In this document: piece by piece, positions 13,701-21,725 of the stretch
Numbering within the stretch: position 1 is the first letter of the stretch
How the letters are laid out: each line of letters begins with the position of its first letter
Assembly (NCBI GenBank): GCA_964545795.1
Contig: CAZJGC010000004.1
Span: 1 to 56,779, forward strand
Origin: an uncultured archaeon
GTDB lineage: Archaea > Aenigmatarchaeota > Aenigmatarchaeia > Aenigmatarchaeales > DAIDAN01
Reading direction: 5' to 3'
DNA: 56,779 bases
The notes under the pieces: model-generated
What the model saw: only the letters and a program-made list of their open reading frames with translations
Told to the model about the DNA's origin: nothing
Database searches by the model: none
Translations under genes and position numbers: made by a program

Positions 13701-15727
13701 GCGATTCCGCAAACGGGGAGACAAGCGCCAATTGTCCGACAGATGGGTGTTCAACCAGCACAGCAGGTGGAACTACAGGAGGAGGCGGAACAGGGACAGG
13801 CAGTGGAACTGGTTCTGGTTCAGGAGGCGGCGGAGCAGCGCCTGTGCAGCAACAGCCTCAGATAAATCTTACCAAATTAAAACAGCCGGATATGGAAGTG
13901 TCATCCAACAATCTTGATGTAACCTTGCATCCAGGTGAAACAATAATAACATCTATTGACATTAAGAACAATCTTGACAGACCTGTAACAGCAGAACTTG
14001 CGGTTGGAGGAAGAATATGGGAATTTGTTCAGTTTGAAAACACTTCAATATTAATGGAGCCAAAATCATTGAATAATGTTAAAATAAAATTCAGCGCGCC
14101 GGAAACAATTTTGCCGGGAATTTATACAGGCGATATATTTATAAAATCAGGAAACAAAACCCAGAGGATTTCAACAACAATGAAGGTTGTAGAAAAGGCA
14201 GAACCTCTTATGGATGTGAAAATAGAAACTCTTACAAAAGAAGTTAATCCTGGAGATTTTCTAAGGTCTCAGGTTACTTTGTATAATATGGGCATGACAA
14301 AGAAAATTGATGTAACTTTGATTTACACTATTAGAGATGTTTATACAAGCAAAATTGCTGTAAAGGATTCTGAAACATTGGCAATAGAAAATTCTCTGTC
14401 ATTTGTTAGAACTATTCACATTCCGAAATCAGTAAAACCAGGAAAGTATGCGATTGAGGTTGTTGCCTATTATGATAATAAAACCGCAACGGCTGTAAGC
14501 AGTTTTGATGTTGTGGAGATGCCTGTTATTGTTCTTTTCTTTATATCAGTTCTTACAAGCTGGCAGCTTTATATATTCATAGCAGGCGTTATTGTAACTT
14601 TGCTTATAAGAAGAATGATTGAAAGCGTGACAACAGGAAGAAAGAAGAAGTCAAAGTATATATTCCCTGTCAATTTCAAGAAGTTGCCAAGAAAAGGAAT
14701 AAAAGTAGGAAAGATAGCAGAAACAGATATTGATGCATATCTTGACCAGAATAAGTTAACAACGCACTTATTGCTTGCAGGAGGCACAGGTTCAGGAAAA
14801 TCTGTATCAGCAATGGTAATTGCGGAAGAGTGTTTAAAGAAGGGCATTCCTGTAATAGTGTTTGACCCGACTGCGCAGTGGACAGGGTTTATAAAGCCAT
14901 GCAGAGATGAAAGAATGCTCTCGCTTTATCCAAAATTCGGAATGAAGCGCGAGGAGGCAAGGGCATTTAAAGGAACAATTATAGATGTAACAGACCCAAA
15001 CATATCTGTGGATATTACCAAGTATTTGAACAAGGGAGAAATAACTGTATTCAATCTTAACAAGATGTTTGCTTCAGACCTTGATTCATTTGTAAGGAAG
15101 ACAATTGACAATATTTTCTCTGTGCAGTGGAAAGAGGCTCATGAATTAAAGCTTTTGATAGTTTATGATGAGGTTCACAGACTTTTGCCAAAGTATGGAG
15201 GCAAGGGAGGATATGTTGCGCTTGAGCGCGGCGCAAGAGAGTTCAGAAAGTGGGGCATAGGATTGATAATGATATCTCAGGTATTGTTGGATTTCAGAGG
15301 CGCTGTTCGTGCGGTTATTGCATCAGAAGGTCAACTTAGAACCAAGTATGAAGGAGATATAAAGAGGGTAAGAACCAAGTATGGTTCTGAATATGCTGCT
15401 ACTGTTCCAAAACTTCAGGTAGGCACAGTGCTTTTCCAGAATCCTGAATATAATGATGGAAAACCATGGTTCATTTCATTCAGACCTCTGCTGCATGATA
15501 CTTCAAGAATTCCTGAAGAGGAGTTGCAGCAGTATAAGTTGTTCAATAAGAAGATTGAAGAAATGGAGAAGGTGATAAAGGAATTGAAGTCAAAGAAGAT
15601 AGATACATATGATTTGGAGATTGAACTTAAGATTGCGAAAGAGAAAGTAAAGCAGGGCCAGATGAGAATGGCGCAGACTTATATAGAGTCAATAGAAGCA
15701 AGAATGAAGAAAATGACAAAAAAGTAA
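1751..15727 (+). CDS. Giant (4658 aa) cell-surface glycoprotein with C-terminal TM segment and cytoplasmic HerA/FtsK-like (DUF87-type) P-loop ATPase
   Basis: N-terminal signal peptide; Gly-rich repeats; many Ig-like beta repeats with dense N-x-S/T sequons; hydrophobic segment ~14522-14608; Walker A GGTGSGKS; Walker B LIVYDEVH; REFRKWGIGLIMISQ; terminal coiled coil. Confidence 0.88.
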   Translation: MNRNITLLLAFFALIALQVSMLSGTSSANNIDILNVSIQPSKVNPGDTMIVSANISDVYGVSSVYADMGGIETIPLYLNSGTIYKGMWQNTWLVHDTESRNYTTNISVISRSGLSSYALAEWSDPPCSISCDSTVGNTCIISSPKEVEGGCTIDDTVIGVQNLEIQNGGSIYNTTNTEGFIIDLTGNITIKNGGNITGNVNITASNVFIESGGKLSSDYVGYGSGQGPGAGVSDNWRATGGGGYGGAGGRGYNTNGGSSYGSMTQPLDFGSGGGTDTEGSPVYGGSGGGRIIINLTGTLALNGTLSSSGENGYVGTYGSGGGSGGSVYIITNKVEGTGIIKANGGAGGNDADGLFDGGGGAGGRIALYASNFSFSGTIEAKGNTGNDGAQSGYGGTIYINATTYFEPTSNFLANSTDSARLGTIVFNYPATGNSDSVLLYSNNPVINPIPWFSDSMNIGCSDGSECTVYRVKTNLTGTHNYASLNITKNASLHASVSSLALTQNLTVSLGGLLDFSSDANITADNIAITDGGNISYSSNLDINAPSIYVSEGSSIIASAKLANLTINASVIDVYGTINANANITAENVTIYSTGKLSSDYVGYSGGTPQNNNAQGPGAGSYGYLGGGGAGYGGNGGNGYQGAGGSSYGSLTQPLDFGSGGGSSWYSAGGSGGGRIIINLTGTLTINGNISSSGENGNIVAYGAGGGSGGSVYVIADIIEGTGTIRANGGAGGNDADGLFDGGGGAGGRIALYASNFSFSGTIEAKGNTGNDGAQSGYGGTIYINATGNFNISSGTILANSTDSARLGSANITYGSTGWEYCDAYNSVFEPSPAFYFVPYSATTPYRCVKLVLTNFTLRKDDNSTSDTFKLNESIYLSFRVREFNGTDYWNVTDGSWNISANETLNPNSSTFHISGGYWKSIGSFSKNMGGYYFVAENITGESPAGMKTRVNDIILQYSVKSIITSLELNSSVVRPSDVMRVSGHATLKPDETDVANNLIHIYLDGSELLYNASTGFISEDGNETLATDSNGNYDYNFIAPSSIGTHEIKVNLTDSNGIYSENYTTFEAGGNPKWSANATKFSSPQIYDAGKTYGFQINWTDPTNNFANATFQLGRPDGTLTNYTIATTPAVQNISDTWYINFTQAQIGGTGAYNYTWFGINKYSNQNSTDTLGYVISISSNPINIYFRNETGEYNNKNITVVYESYTNTTAVNVYENSGVLNIYRNDEIANSENNTMIVLPEGLHKITANTSGNENYTSNATTYYIRVLQKDVLVRLFINDTESDVTIYTPNITNLTATVNTNTLVYIDANFSGTNKQISSGMGSAENITNISNLEKGVYNITAYVKDTQNYTGTLSQTYYLTVRGRLNITIDTPQPGSVFNRTYAYWLNASVTDDSGHVVEGADVNWYVDDVFVNNSQNSRWTVPASQPTGIATIKVNATKEYFDNVAEDSVQIEIWRTLTLYLNISPEEIYRNDSFSPHITTYTANVTDENGPVSSAQVRFWRGTTFIGLNSTNSDGTTQKTDNVFDSETPGTYTVYANITFFADAYSHKINGTANLTVKGLLFSAITSVSNNSKYYKNDTLNLQSTTVDENGATQVPDAAIWYLNGLEILSGESGAYQIPINQTLGYNLLNYTATKQYYEPSSQNKTLQIWSFAAVNQTDQNIVYRGNSANYTGFVYDFINNSIIPSYNCIWYNNGTNIENSTTNSTGHCTYSFSTSCSNTPGLYIINVSILNNTQLWYDAKQGFESYAINLNVTGNLSVQIDTPSNGLIYNKGDGVPLTSTIKDECSNIQTSNVYWYANGSQISTGEDTTWDIPFSQELGFTVIEANATKEYYKYGRNSTNILIYGWSNNTRIYGAGSYPAGSVINVSCLIEDANTSAPILDYPVNFYKNNSLILTNLTNSEGYAYWFWDTTSENAGIYNISCEISDNSTIFYNTSIGGKSETVEITRNLTIDQIIREYDTVYRFMYSPGQTMISVHVSEAALGDSSSSTVRFYNATDEFDSCITNSSGWCSITYNPDDTITPNNYTFWINASKGGFSDSQTNTTWVVVKGKVEVVNIINPSQNQKFHRTELVDMNAQEIDENGAYVYETLNWYNSSQEQIATGLNTNWTIPAHYKIGEETLKANVSSNYYDSSDSTVTINIYGWSNVSYVAPTGIQRYGDTLALNCSVRDANTSEYVNNYSVSFYENDSYIGSNFTEGGYAVVYWKPGLADYSLKCNITDNATLYYDASISQASQTISVHDLTKPYITNATLLYSWMEVGQNQTIRANVTDDVSIDTVWAAIDIPPWNESDNATYANLTMSFVEGNATNGFYELNYTPEKGGIYNVTIFANDTAGNTNYTFAGNFSVPRNTTGYVGQVQYMLITDVNSTGNKTIELNVSLINTGNTSMTSASITLVLPSGWNGDKTKECGTIPRFGNCTLHSNISIPAGTVQGNYSINSTGKWTNLDGSTAYNGNVPKNQTIINITDNPILNITTNNFSGTVGHGNESTLGIFSIQSLGNKGIYKIFFNKTSGNLSADWVEFISGSYINYLPSLNANQTKLINVSVTVPATEIGYFASEFIANATNSSCYPEENCYKRINVSVTVPEDRSWNITPHFQSVVVYQNTSGNLTNVTILNQGNLRIDYVIDKTGNASSLITLSDSFVSIENQSSHNLQINYSIPINQNIGKYYANITISNDSASPVQINFSLTLSVNDNILPVVNNTNLSATSIETNYNYINITADAFDNFAVDRVWANLTFPNSSTYKLFMHNISLNTYRVNFTPADSGLYNVSVFANDTSGNINSTYAGNFTAIGTTSGLNEQNPSSVTASGITQTNKYSFVLNATLTNTGSGTMRFVNYTLSLPSGFEANATYAQCANMSSGQTCLLYFAINVTADADIAVPHVKGNYTWQNPDYSISYADNSTYVTVSPNPVLNILETSINSSLGHGNSSTIGSFTIMSEGNKRLEVVDVASSGNMSSWISYIPPFPINFILKGLNKTINVSASVPLGQEPGVYEALLMTNATGSSCSPASNCWDNITVTLTVPEDWSWNATPRRIPSSGYVLVPTDTTGSFVVTLNNTGNVGINFTITQAENGASLIAFPPPTGYAVFVEKQNATNVTFTYDSHGVLGGNYILDIRIRNSSASPQEIHSYVYFNVQEVPPSIDNITVSPATLDQNYQSMLIQADVVDNIGVSDVWANITLPDSTHAILPMNNPGGGKTYNTTYIPAEAGTYTVVIYANDSASPSNENHSQAYYFTAVGSTAVSVVPNITKVEVPGVTQDNGATVPLNVSLNNLGQGTAYFANLTFDLFANWSASPSLINYNNISRSSSASNVSVISVPAAALGQYLINASATWNNPNNTIWTNKTIINITVLSNPQIDISQDIINITVKHGETNSTNFTINATGNDALSSVSITCQSGSICTNDTYFSYSFSQSSIANINAGANSNVTVTVSAALGTPPGVYVGIINASMNASGNMISDLVEIGVNVPSNSTWSMSQSWSGIKTVGTGASGTIGTLTITNYGNHPLLFNTSITGNGTSYMNLTQPNITVAGQSSGTLTLNYYSPMNLSDNASEISRIYSINISVENSSATPAQLYASAILKVMKFNVRILFPTSEINVTSGDNFSVNANATYGESIISDNITWTVKFNSTECPVFSSVTKTDSSNNYFWQINCTAPQLPDANNYTLYLYGNYTDSSKGIYGAITNDFKRNIIVYPDVSKAKIQSIVAPSVTPGNNVTINATLTDNVAVVEAIVQVTYPNNITENYTLSNTSWNLSAASWVYNFTNTSQVGDYDIRIYARDKEGNWNSSDSWFEVYRNNVTFTGVSETATDKIEFDFYRPGKVKPLYLVHAVSSNTTTGNYTAHVHNRTYDIKISQYGNSVKLISVPLTESVSNPIKLKDVSVTKVGSNILRVLAVSNNLSFSVANVTLNYSGKTGFTESALRVFKCGNWSYSSDSCPTTWSLVGGTLNGDNTITVNTTSFSAFALSKNSFICGDNYCDSANGETSANCPTDGCSTSTAGGTTGGGGTGTGSGTGSGSGGGGAAPVQQQPQINLTKLKQPDMEVSSNNLDVTLHPGETIITSIDIKNNLDRPVTAELAVGGRIWEFVQFENTSILMEPKSLNNVKIKFSAPETILPGIYTGDIFIKSGNKTQRISTTMKVVEKAEPLMDVKIETLTKEVNPGDFLRSQVTLYNMGMTKKIDVTLIYTIRDVYTSKIAVKDSETLAIENSLSFVRTIHIPKSVKPGKYAIEVVAYYDNKTATAVSSFDVVEMPVIVLFFISVLTSWQLYIFIAGVIVTLLIRRMIESVTTGRKKKSKYIFPVNFKKLPRKGIKVGKIAETDIDAYLDQNKLTTHLLLAGGTGSGKSVSAMVIAEECLKKGIPVIVFDPTAQWTGFIKPCRDERMLSLYPKFGMKREEARAFKGTIIDVTDPNISVDITKYLNKGEITVFNLNKMFASDLDSFVRKTIDNIFSVQWKEAHELKLLIVYDEVHRLLPKYGGKGGYVALERGAREFRKWGIGLIMISQVLLDFRGAVRAVIASEGQLRTKYEGDIKRVRTKYGSEYAATVPKLQVGTVLFQNPEYNDGKPWFISFRPLLHDTSRIPEEELQQYKLFNKKIEEMEKVIKELKSKKIDTYDLEIELKIAKEKVKQGQMRMAQTYIESIEARMKKMTKK
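2783..4083 (+). repeat. Exact 149-bp intragenic duplication (2783-2931 and 3935-4083) inside two Gly-rich repeat units
   Basis: Identical DNA encoding GAGGNDADGLFDGGGGAGGRIALYASNFSFSGTIEAKGNTGNDGAQSGYG, offset 1152 bp. Confidence 0.9.
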
Positions 15728-15779
15728 GATGCAGGCGATAAAGTAATATTTTATAAACACGTAAACAGATATTTTTATT

Positions 15780-17588
15780 ATGTTTTCAGGCAAGAAGAAA
15801 CGGACAAAGAAGGAGAATGCAGGTAAAAAACCTTCTAAAAAAAAGAAAGAGGAAGACATAAAGAATTTTATATCAATTCTTAAGAAACAGTATAAAGATG
15901 GATTGATTTCTGAAAAGACCTTTAAAGAGACTCTTAAAAAGAATGAAGAGGCGCTTGAGCAGTTAAAGAGCAGCGCAGTTCCGGATGAAGGCAAAACTTC
16001 GGAGAGCAAGGCAGAAGAACGCAAAACAGTTGGCGAAATACTTAAGGAAGAAGGAGTGATACCCGAGGAAGAGGTTAGAGAAACAGGAAAAGTTAAAGTT
16101 GAGCATGTAATTGATATTGAAAAAGTTGTAATGAATGTGGAAAAACTTAGCGCAGAAGTTGAGGCTTTGCGGGATATTAAATTTCAGACTGATGAAAGAA
16201 TAAAGGAGATTTCTGAAAGCATTGGCGAAATGAGGTCTTTAATTTTTCAGAGAGACGGCGCAATAAAAGAAATGCAAATGAAAATTGAAAAATTGAATGA
16301 TGCTGTTTCTGATATAAAACCTGAAAAAATAACTGCTGAATTCAAGAAGCAGGAGAAAGAGATGCTGGAAACTAATGCAAAGACAGAGAAACTTGAGAGT
16401 ATGGTAAAGGATGTTGCCCGTCAATTGAAGTCTGTGCAAAGAGTTCTTGACAATATAAAAAGTATAAAAAATCTCATATCTATTTCCAGGGAAATAGACA
16501 GAAAGATTTCAAAAATAGAAAAACTTAAGGCAGATGTTGAGAGAGATGCCGAAAAAACAGAGAAGTTTTATCTTGATTTGGAGGACAGAATTGAGGAATT
16601 TATCCGCCTAAAAGCGTCTGTTCAGAAACTTGATGAACTTACAAAAGAACTTGTAAAAACTGTTGATGAAGAGAAAATAAAAATGGCTAATTTTGTTGAT
16701 AAGGAAGAACTTCAAAATGCTTTGGATAATGCTCTCAAGCCCCCGAGTTCAGATGATATGCTTGAAGAAAAAATTAAGAAGAAAAAGGAGATTGAGACTC
16801 TGCTGAAAAATATAGAAAACCAGTATAGAAGGGGAATTATAAGCAAGGAGAGTTTTGATGAGATATGCAGAAAAAATAATCTTCTGGTTAAAATGCTTGA
16901 TAAAGAAATAGAAAGAGCCAAGAGCAAAAAAACTCCTGAAAATATGATTGAGTGGATAGAACAGCTTGAATCTGATATAAAGTCTATGCATATGAAACTT
17001 TCAATACTTGATGAGGTTTTGAAAAGCTATAGGGGTGAAAGCAAAGAGGGAGGGGAAAATGAAGTTGGTGTAATAACCAGGGAAGATGAGAAGCGCATAA
17101 AACAAATGCTTGAAACAAAATTATTGAATAACAACAGTCAGCCTGAACAGAGACATGATAACGAGTATATGCCTAAAATTGAGGAAGATAGAATAACTAA
17201 AGAAAGCAATATTAAAAATGATTCAGACAAGTCTATTAATGATGAAATTAATGATATAAAAATGTTTTTAAGCGATTTGGAAGACAAATATAATATGGGG
17301 CTTATCTCAGAGCGCACTTTTAATGAAGCCAAGGAAAAGAATTTAATGAAGTTGTTGGAGTTAGAAAAATTAAAGTCTTTGGCAGAAAATAAAGAAAATT
17401 ATAATAGTTTGAGAGCAAGACTTAACGATATAAGGCAAATAAGAAGGAATAATATAGAAAATATAATACAGAGGCCAAATTCAGAATCTGAGTTAAGAGA
17501 AGAATTTGAAACATTTAGAAGAGAGACAGAGGAAAATATTAATATAATTGTTGATTCAATAAAGAAAATATTATCAAAAATTGAGTAA
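15780..17588 (+). CDS. Cytoplasmic coiled-coil protein with three SHOCT/CdvA-like L..xY..G.IS...F.E motifs
   Basis: K/E-rich heptad pattern, no signal peptide or TM; motifs QYKDGLISEKTF, QYRRGIISKESF, KYNMGLISERTF. Confidence 0.75.
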   Translation: MFSGKKKRTKKENAGKKPSKKKKEEDIKNFISILKKQYKDGLISEKTFKETLKKNEEALEQLKSSAVPDEGKTSESKAEERKTVGEILKEEGVIPEEEVRETGKVKVEHVIDIEKVVMNVEKLSAEVEALRDIKFQTDERIKEISESIGEMRSLIFQRDGAIKEMQMKIEKLNDAVSDIKPEKITAEFKKQEKEMLETNAKTEKLESMVKDVARQLKSVQRVLDNIKSIKNLISISREIDRKISKIEKLKADVERDAEKTEKFYLDLEDRIEEFIRLKASVQKLDELTKELVKTVDEEKIKMANFVDKEELQNALDNALKPPSSDDMLEEKIKKKKEIETLLKNIENQYRRGIISKESFDEICRKNNLLVKMLDKEIERAKSKKTPENMIEWIEQLESDIKSMHMKLSILDEVLKSYRGESKEGGENEVGVITREDEKRIKQMLETKLLNNNSQPEQRHDNEYMPKIEEDRITKESNIKNDSDKSINDEINDIKMFLSDLEDKYNMGLISERTFNEAKEKNLMKLLELEKLKSLAENKENYNSLRARLNDIRQIRRNNIENIIQRPNSESELREEFETFRRETEENINIIVDSIKKILSKIE

Positions 17589-17683
17589 AGAGAACTTTGT
17601 TGGGATAAGGAAGCATAAAACAGCAGGAAAATGCAATTCTAAATTATTATATATTAAGATTTGCATATTTTTATTGATAGGAT

Positions 17684-20600
17684 ATGAGAAAAATTCTGCT
17701 GTTTTCAGCCATAATTATATTTTTTTTCGCTGCAAGTCAAATAGCGGAGGCTGGCTGGTGGAATGAATCATGGCATTTCAGAATTCCGGTAAATATATCT
17801 TTTCCTTCCGGCGCTGAAAATGCAAGCGTGAATGTTTCTGTTAATTTTACATCTGAAATTGAAAGTCTTGGGATATCGGGAACTTTTGACAAAAATTCAA
17901 TAAGAGTTGTTGAAAACAATAATGATATTCCTTCAGATTTTTTAAACACAAGCATTGATGCAGGAAATGTGAGTTGGATTGTAAACGGAACTACTCCTGC
18001 AAATACAAACCGCACTTTTTATATTTATTTTGATATTATTGAAAACGGTGCAAAGAGCGCAGGCAAGGTTATTTCTGAATCATGCAACAGTTATGGAAAT
18101 AATACATGTTATTGGAGGAGCGACTATTCGCAAGATAATATGAATGTATGGTCAAATCAGTCCTCGTCTCCTGGTATTGGATATGAGTGGAACAGGACTT
18201 GGGCGCAGATGATTGAAGTAAACTGGAAATGGAGTGCTGAGACAAATTATGATTTTGCTTATCTGTATATTGACGGTTCGCAGTATTCTAAAAAAACAGG
18301 AACCGGTTCAGAAACAATTCAGGTGTCGGCATCCAGAATATCGGCAAGATTTACGTCAGACGGGTCAAACCATTATCCTATTTATGGGTCAAGCGATTCC
18401 TACGGAATCTATGGAACTGCTGTTGATGTAATAAAGTTTTATCCAACAGCCGGTTATACAACGCCGGCTTTTAATGTTTTCAAGGCAACGGCAGAAAAGC
18501 AATATCCTCCCACTTTAAACAATGCTTCTGTTTCAGGAGACGGCTGGGGAGAAACTTTTAATTACAGCGTAATTGTGAATGATACTGAAAATGATTTGGT
18601 TTCTGTCACGTTGTATACAAATGAAAACGGAGTATGGAACAGGCATGAAACCAGGACAACTCATGGCGGCATGTTGAACTGGACGCTTTCTCCTTTCTCC
18701 TGCTCTGATATAGGAACAAGATACTACAAGTTTGAATACAATGATTCATATCATGCTCCTGTAAATACAAGCAATTATTCGCAGACCATCGGGAAAGATG
18801 ATATTGAAATAAATTATTATTCAGGAAACGCAAGCGTGAACAGAGAATCCGGAAAAATACCTTTTGGAGTGAAAATGAGGGATATAGATAATGGTGCTTA
18901 TGTTTCTTCTGAGCAGGTTAGTTTTTGGTCATACTATTCTGGCGCATGGAATAACATAGGAGCAAATAATACAGCGTCTGACGGCACGGTGATTTATAAT
19001 TACAACCCAAACTGTTCTGTTTCGGCAGGAACCCATTTATGGAAGGCGAATTATTCAGGCGCATGTTATAAGGCAAATGGGTCCAGCAATTTCGTTTTTA
19101 CTGTTGTTGGGCAGTTAAAGGAATGGCTTTTGCAACCTCCAAGAATAGAATATGATTTAGGGGATAGTATATTAATCCGCGCAAACCTTACAGATGAGTG
19201 TTCAAATCCTGTAACAGGAGCGTCTGCAAACTTTTCTTTAAACGGAACAGCATATCAGGCTGTTGAAGAAGGTTCTGGACTGTATAATTATTCATGGGAT
19301 TCTTATGGCAAGGAAACAGGAAACTATACAATAACCATGAATTCTTCCGCTGTTTTTTATAATTTTAATTCCACTTCATGGCTTAATTGGTTTAAACTTG
19401 TGGCAGGACCTCCTCATATAAATGTGAGTTTGAATGTAAGCCAGTCAGAGCAGGGGACGATTGTGCATATAAATGCGACAGCAGAAGATATGAGCGGTCT
19501 TGGAATAAACACTGTTTGGGTAAACATTACATATCCAAATTCAACTGTTATCAAATATAACATGACAAATATTTCAGATGTTTGGCATTTTGATTTGAAT
19601 GATACTGCGCAAAGAGGTCAATATAATGTAACAGTTTATGCAACAGATAACGCAGGGAAAACAGGAAACAAAACAAGTGTTCTTAAAATTTATGCAAAAA
19701 TAATAAATGATATATTGACAGTTACCGAGAATAACATTGTTACATTTAAGATACGTATCCATGACTTAAACAACGCTTCTCTTTCAAACGCTTCGGTTAA
19801 TTTGCGGTTTGATGACTCAAGTGGCTGGAATGTGTTTAATCAGTTATACAATACAGGTTCAAATGGAAGAGTTGAACCTGTTCCGCAAAAAGATTCTTTA
19901 ATATCAGGGTTATATAATTGGACTGCAAGTGTAACATATAATGATACAATAACAGGCATAGAAAACTTTAATGTCACATCAGGCTATTTTTCTGTTACAG
20001 CGAGCAGTGGCTCAACTGGCGGCGGTATAACTCCTTTATTCTTTCTGTATCTTGTTGCACCGTCCGAGGTTGCAACAGGCAATAATTTGGAGATAACTGC
20101 GGTTACTGCGAATAATACAATGAATATTGATGTTGATTCCATAAAGGCAAGCCTTTATGATTCTGCAGGAAACCTTATTGTAGATAATGTGAACATGACA
20201 AAACAAAGCAATGGAGTTTATTATAAGAATTATACGACTTCAAGTTCTTCAAATCAGGGCACTTGGAAATGGATTGTTTATGCAACTGAAGGCTCATATG
20301 AATTAATAAAAACAGAATATACAAGGGTTGTTGGAGGACCTTTTGATGTAAGAAATATAACTGTAACTGATAATACAGTGCCTACTCTTGGGATTTCTGT
20401 TATAGTTGAAAATAAGGGAAATGCGAATCAGGATGTTACAATGGAATGGAATATTACAAGAACAGACACAAATGAACAGTTGGCTGCAGGTTCTGATACT
20501 ATTCTAGTTAATGCAAATTCTGAGAAGGTTTATTCTATAACTCCAAGCGTAAGTTATGTAGGTGAGGTAAAGGTTTTGTTTATTGCGCATTATTCTGGGA

Positions 20601-21679
20601 CTGAGAGAGCGGGTGCATATTCAATTTTCACAACTGAAAAGGAGTCTGCCCAGCAACCTCCGCCTGCCGCAGGAGGAGCCGCCGGAGGCGGTGGCGGAGG
20701 AGGAGGAGGCGCGGTATCACCGCCTGCAAATGTTTCAAATGTTTCGGCTGCGCATGGCATAGAAATAGCAAAATATCCTGAAGAAATAGAATTGGAAAAA
20801 GGTTGGGCAAAATTCATAACAATTTTAGTGAACAATACGGGTTCCGGAGTTTTGCATAATGTTTATATAAAGTTTCTTGATATACCTCAGGAATGGTATG
20901 ATATTCAGACGCCGGTCCTGAAAACACTGAATGGGAGCAAGCAATTTCTTGTGAAATTTTTGGTTCCGAAAAATGTGAAATCTGGAAATTATAAAGCAAG
21001 GCTTATGGCATTGTCTTCGGAGTCTTCTGATGAAAAGGAGATTATAGTAAGGGTTTATACTTCAAGGTATGAACTCATAAAGTATCAGATTGAAACATTG
21101 AAAGACAGAGTAAAATATATTGAAACTCTGGCGGACAAATTAGAACAGGAAGGAGTAGACATGACTGCAATAAAGAGCAGAATTTCTGATATAAGAGCCC
21201 AGATAACTACTGCTGAGAAATATCTTGAAAATAAAAGGTATGATGATGCTTCAAGGTTTGCCAAATCCATAAAAAAGGCAATAGATGCGTTGCAGAAGGA
21301 TTTGGAGGAAAAATATGAGCAAAGAGCCAAACAGCCAAAATTGCCTTTAACATTAATTTTGATAATATTGGCAGCGGTTGTTTCAATTGTATGTGTCGCA
21401 TATTTGGTTGTAAGAATAAGGAGAAGAGAAACTGATGTTGCTTATAGAAATGCGGCTTTGGAGAGAATTCATGATTTAAAGAAAATGGTGGTTGGAAAAC
21501 TGACAGCACCTAAAATAAAAGGAGACATGGAGAGAACAAGAAAGATGCTAAGGCTTTTGAATAAAGAGTATGAAGAAGGTATTATAACAAAAGAGACTTA
21601 TGAGGAATTGAAGAGAATAAATGAAGAAAGGCTTTTGAATTTATCAAAGAAAATGAAGGATTATAATATAGAGGAGTAG
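17684..21679 (+). CDS. Large surface protein: DUF2341-like N-terminus, CUB-like and Ig-like domains, coiled coil, TM, SHOCT-like tail
   Basis: Signal peptide; WWNESWHFRIPVNI; E..YDF.Y...FTSDGS; Gly linker; TM LTLILIILAAVVSIVCVAYLVV; tail EYEEGIITKETYEEL. Confidence 0.8.
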   Translation: MRKILLFSAIIIFFFAASQIAEAGWWNESWHFRIPVNISFPSGAENASVNVSVNFTSEIESLGISGTFDKNSIRVVENNNDIPSDFLNTSIDAGNVSWIVNGTTPANTNRTFYIYFDIIENGAKSAGKVISESCNSYGNNTCYWRSDYSQDNMNVWSNQSSSPGIGYEWNRTWAQMIEVNWKWSAETNYDFAYLYIDGSQYSKKTGTGSETIQVSASRISARFTSDGSNHYPIYGSSDSYGIYGTAVDVIKFYPTAGYTTPAFNVFKATAEKQYPPTLNNASVSGDGWGETFNYSVIVNDTENDLVSVTLYTNENGVWNRHETRTTHGGMLNWTLSPFSCSDIGTRYYKFEYNDSYHAPVNTSNYSQTIGKDDIEINYYSGNASVNRESGKIPFGVKMRDIDNGAYVSSEQVSFWSYYSGAWNNIGANNTASDGTVIYNYNPNCSVSAGTHLWKANYSGACYKANGSSNFVFTVVGQLKEWLLQPPRIEYDLGDSILIRANLTDECSNPVTGASANFSLNGTAYQAVEEGSGLYNYSWDSYGKETGNYTITMNSSAVFYNFNSTSWLNWFKLVAGPPHINVSLNVSQSEQGTIVHINATAEDMSGLGINTVWVNITYPNSTVIKYNMTNISDVWHFDLNDTAQRGQYNVTVYATDNAGKTGNKTSVLKIYAKIINDILTVTENNIVTFKIRIHDLNNASLSNASVNLRFDDSSGWNVFNQLYNTGSNGRVEPVPQKDSLISGLYNWTASVTYNDTITGIENFNVTSGYFSVTASSGSTGGGITPLFFLYLVAPSEVATGNNLEITAVTANNTMNIDVDSIKASLYDSAGNLIVDNVNMTKQSNGVYYKNYTTSSSSNQGTWKWIVYATEGSYELIKTEYTRVVGGPFDVRNITVTDNTVPTLGISVIVENKGNANQDVTMEWNITRTDTNEQLAAGSDTILVNANSEKVYSITPSVSYVGEVKVLFIAHYSGTERAGAYSIFTTEKESAQQPPPAAGGAAGGGGGGGGGAVSPPANVSNVSAAHGIEIAKYPEEIELEKGWAKFITILVNNTGSGVLHNVYIKFLDIPQEWYDIQTPVLKTLNGSKQFLVKFLVPKNVKSGNYKARLMALSSESSDEKEIIVRVYTSRYELIKYQIETLKDRVKYIETLADKLEQEGVDMTAIKSRISDIRAQITTAEKYLENKRYDDASRFAKSIKKAIDALQKDLEEKYEQRAKQPKLPLTLILIILAAVVSIVCVAYLVVRIRRRETDVAYRNAALERIHDLKKMVVGKLTAPKIKGDMERTRKMLRLLNKEYEEGIITKETYEELKRINEERLLNLSKKMKDYNIEE

Positions 21680-21725
21680 TTTAATAAACGCGAAATTTAA
21701 ATTAATGGAATAGAGGTAATATTGC

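Noticed and set aside
14690-15520. Canonical DNA-repair HerA helicase
   Set aside because: No HAS barrel, no nurA/mre11/rad50 context, and it is fused behind a TM and ectodomain.
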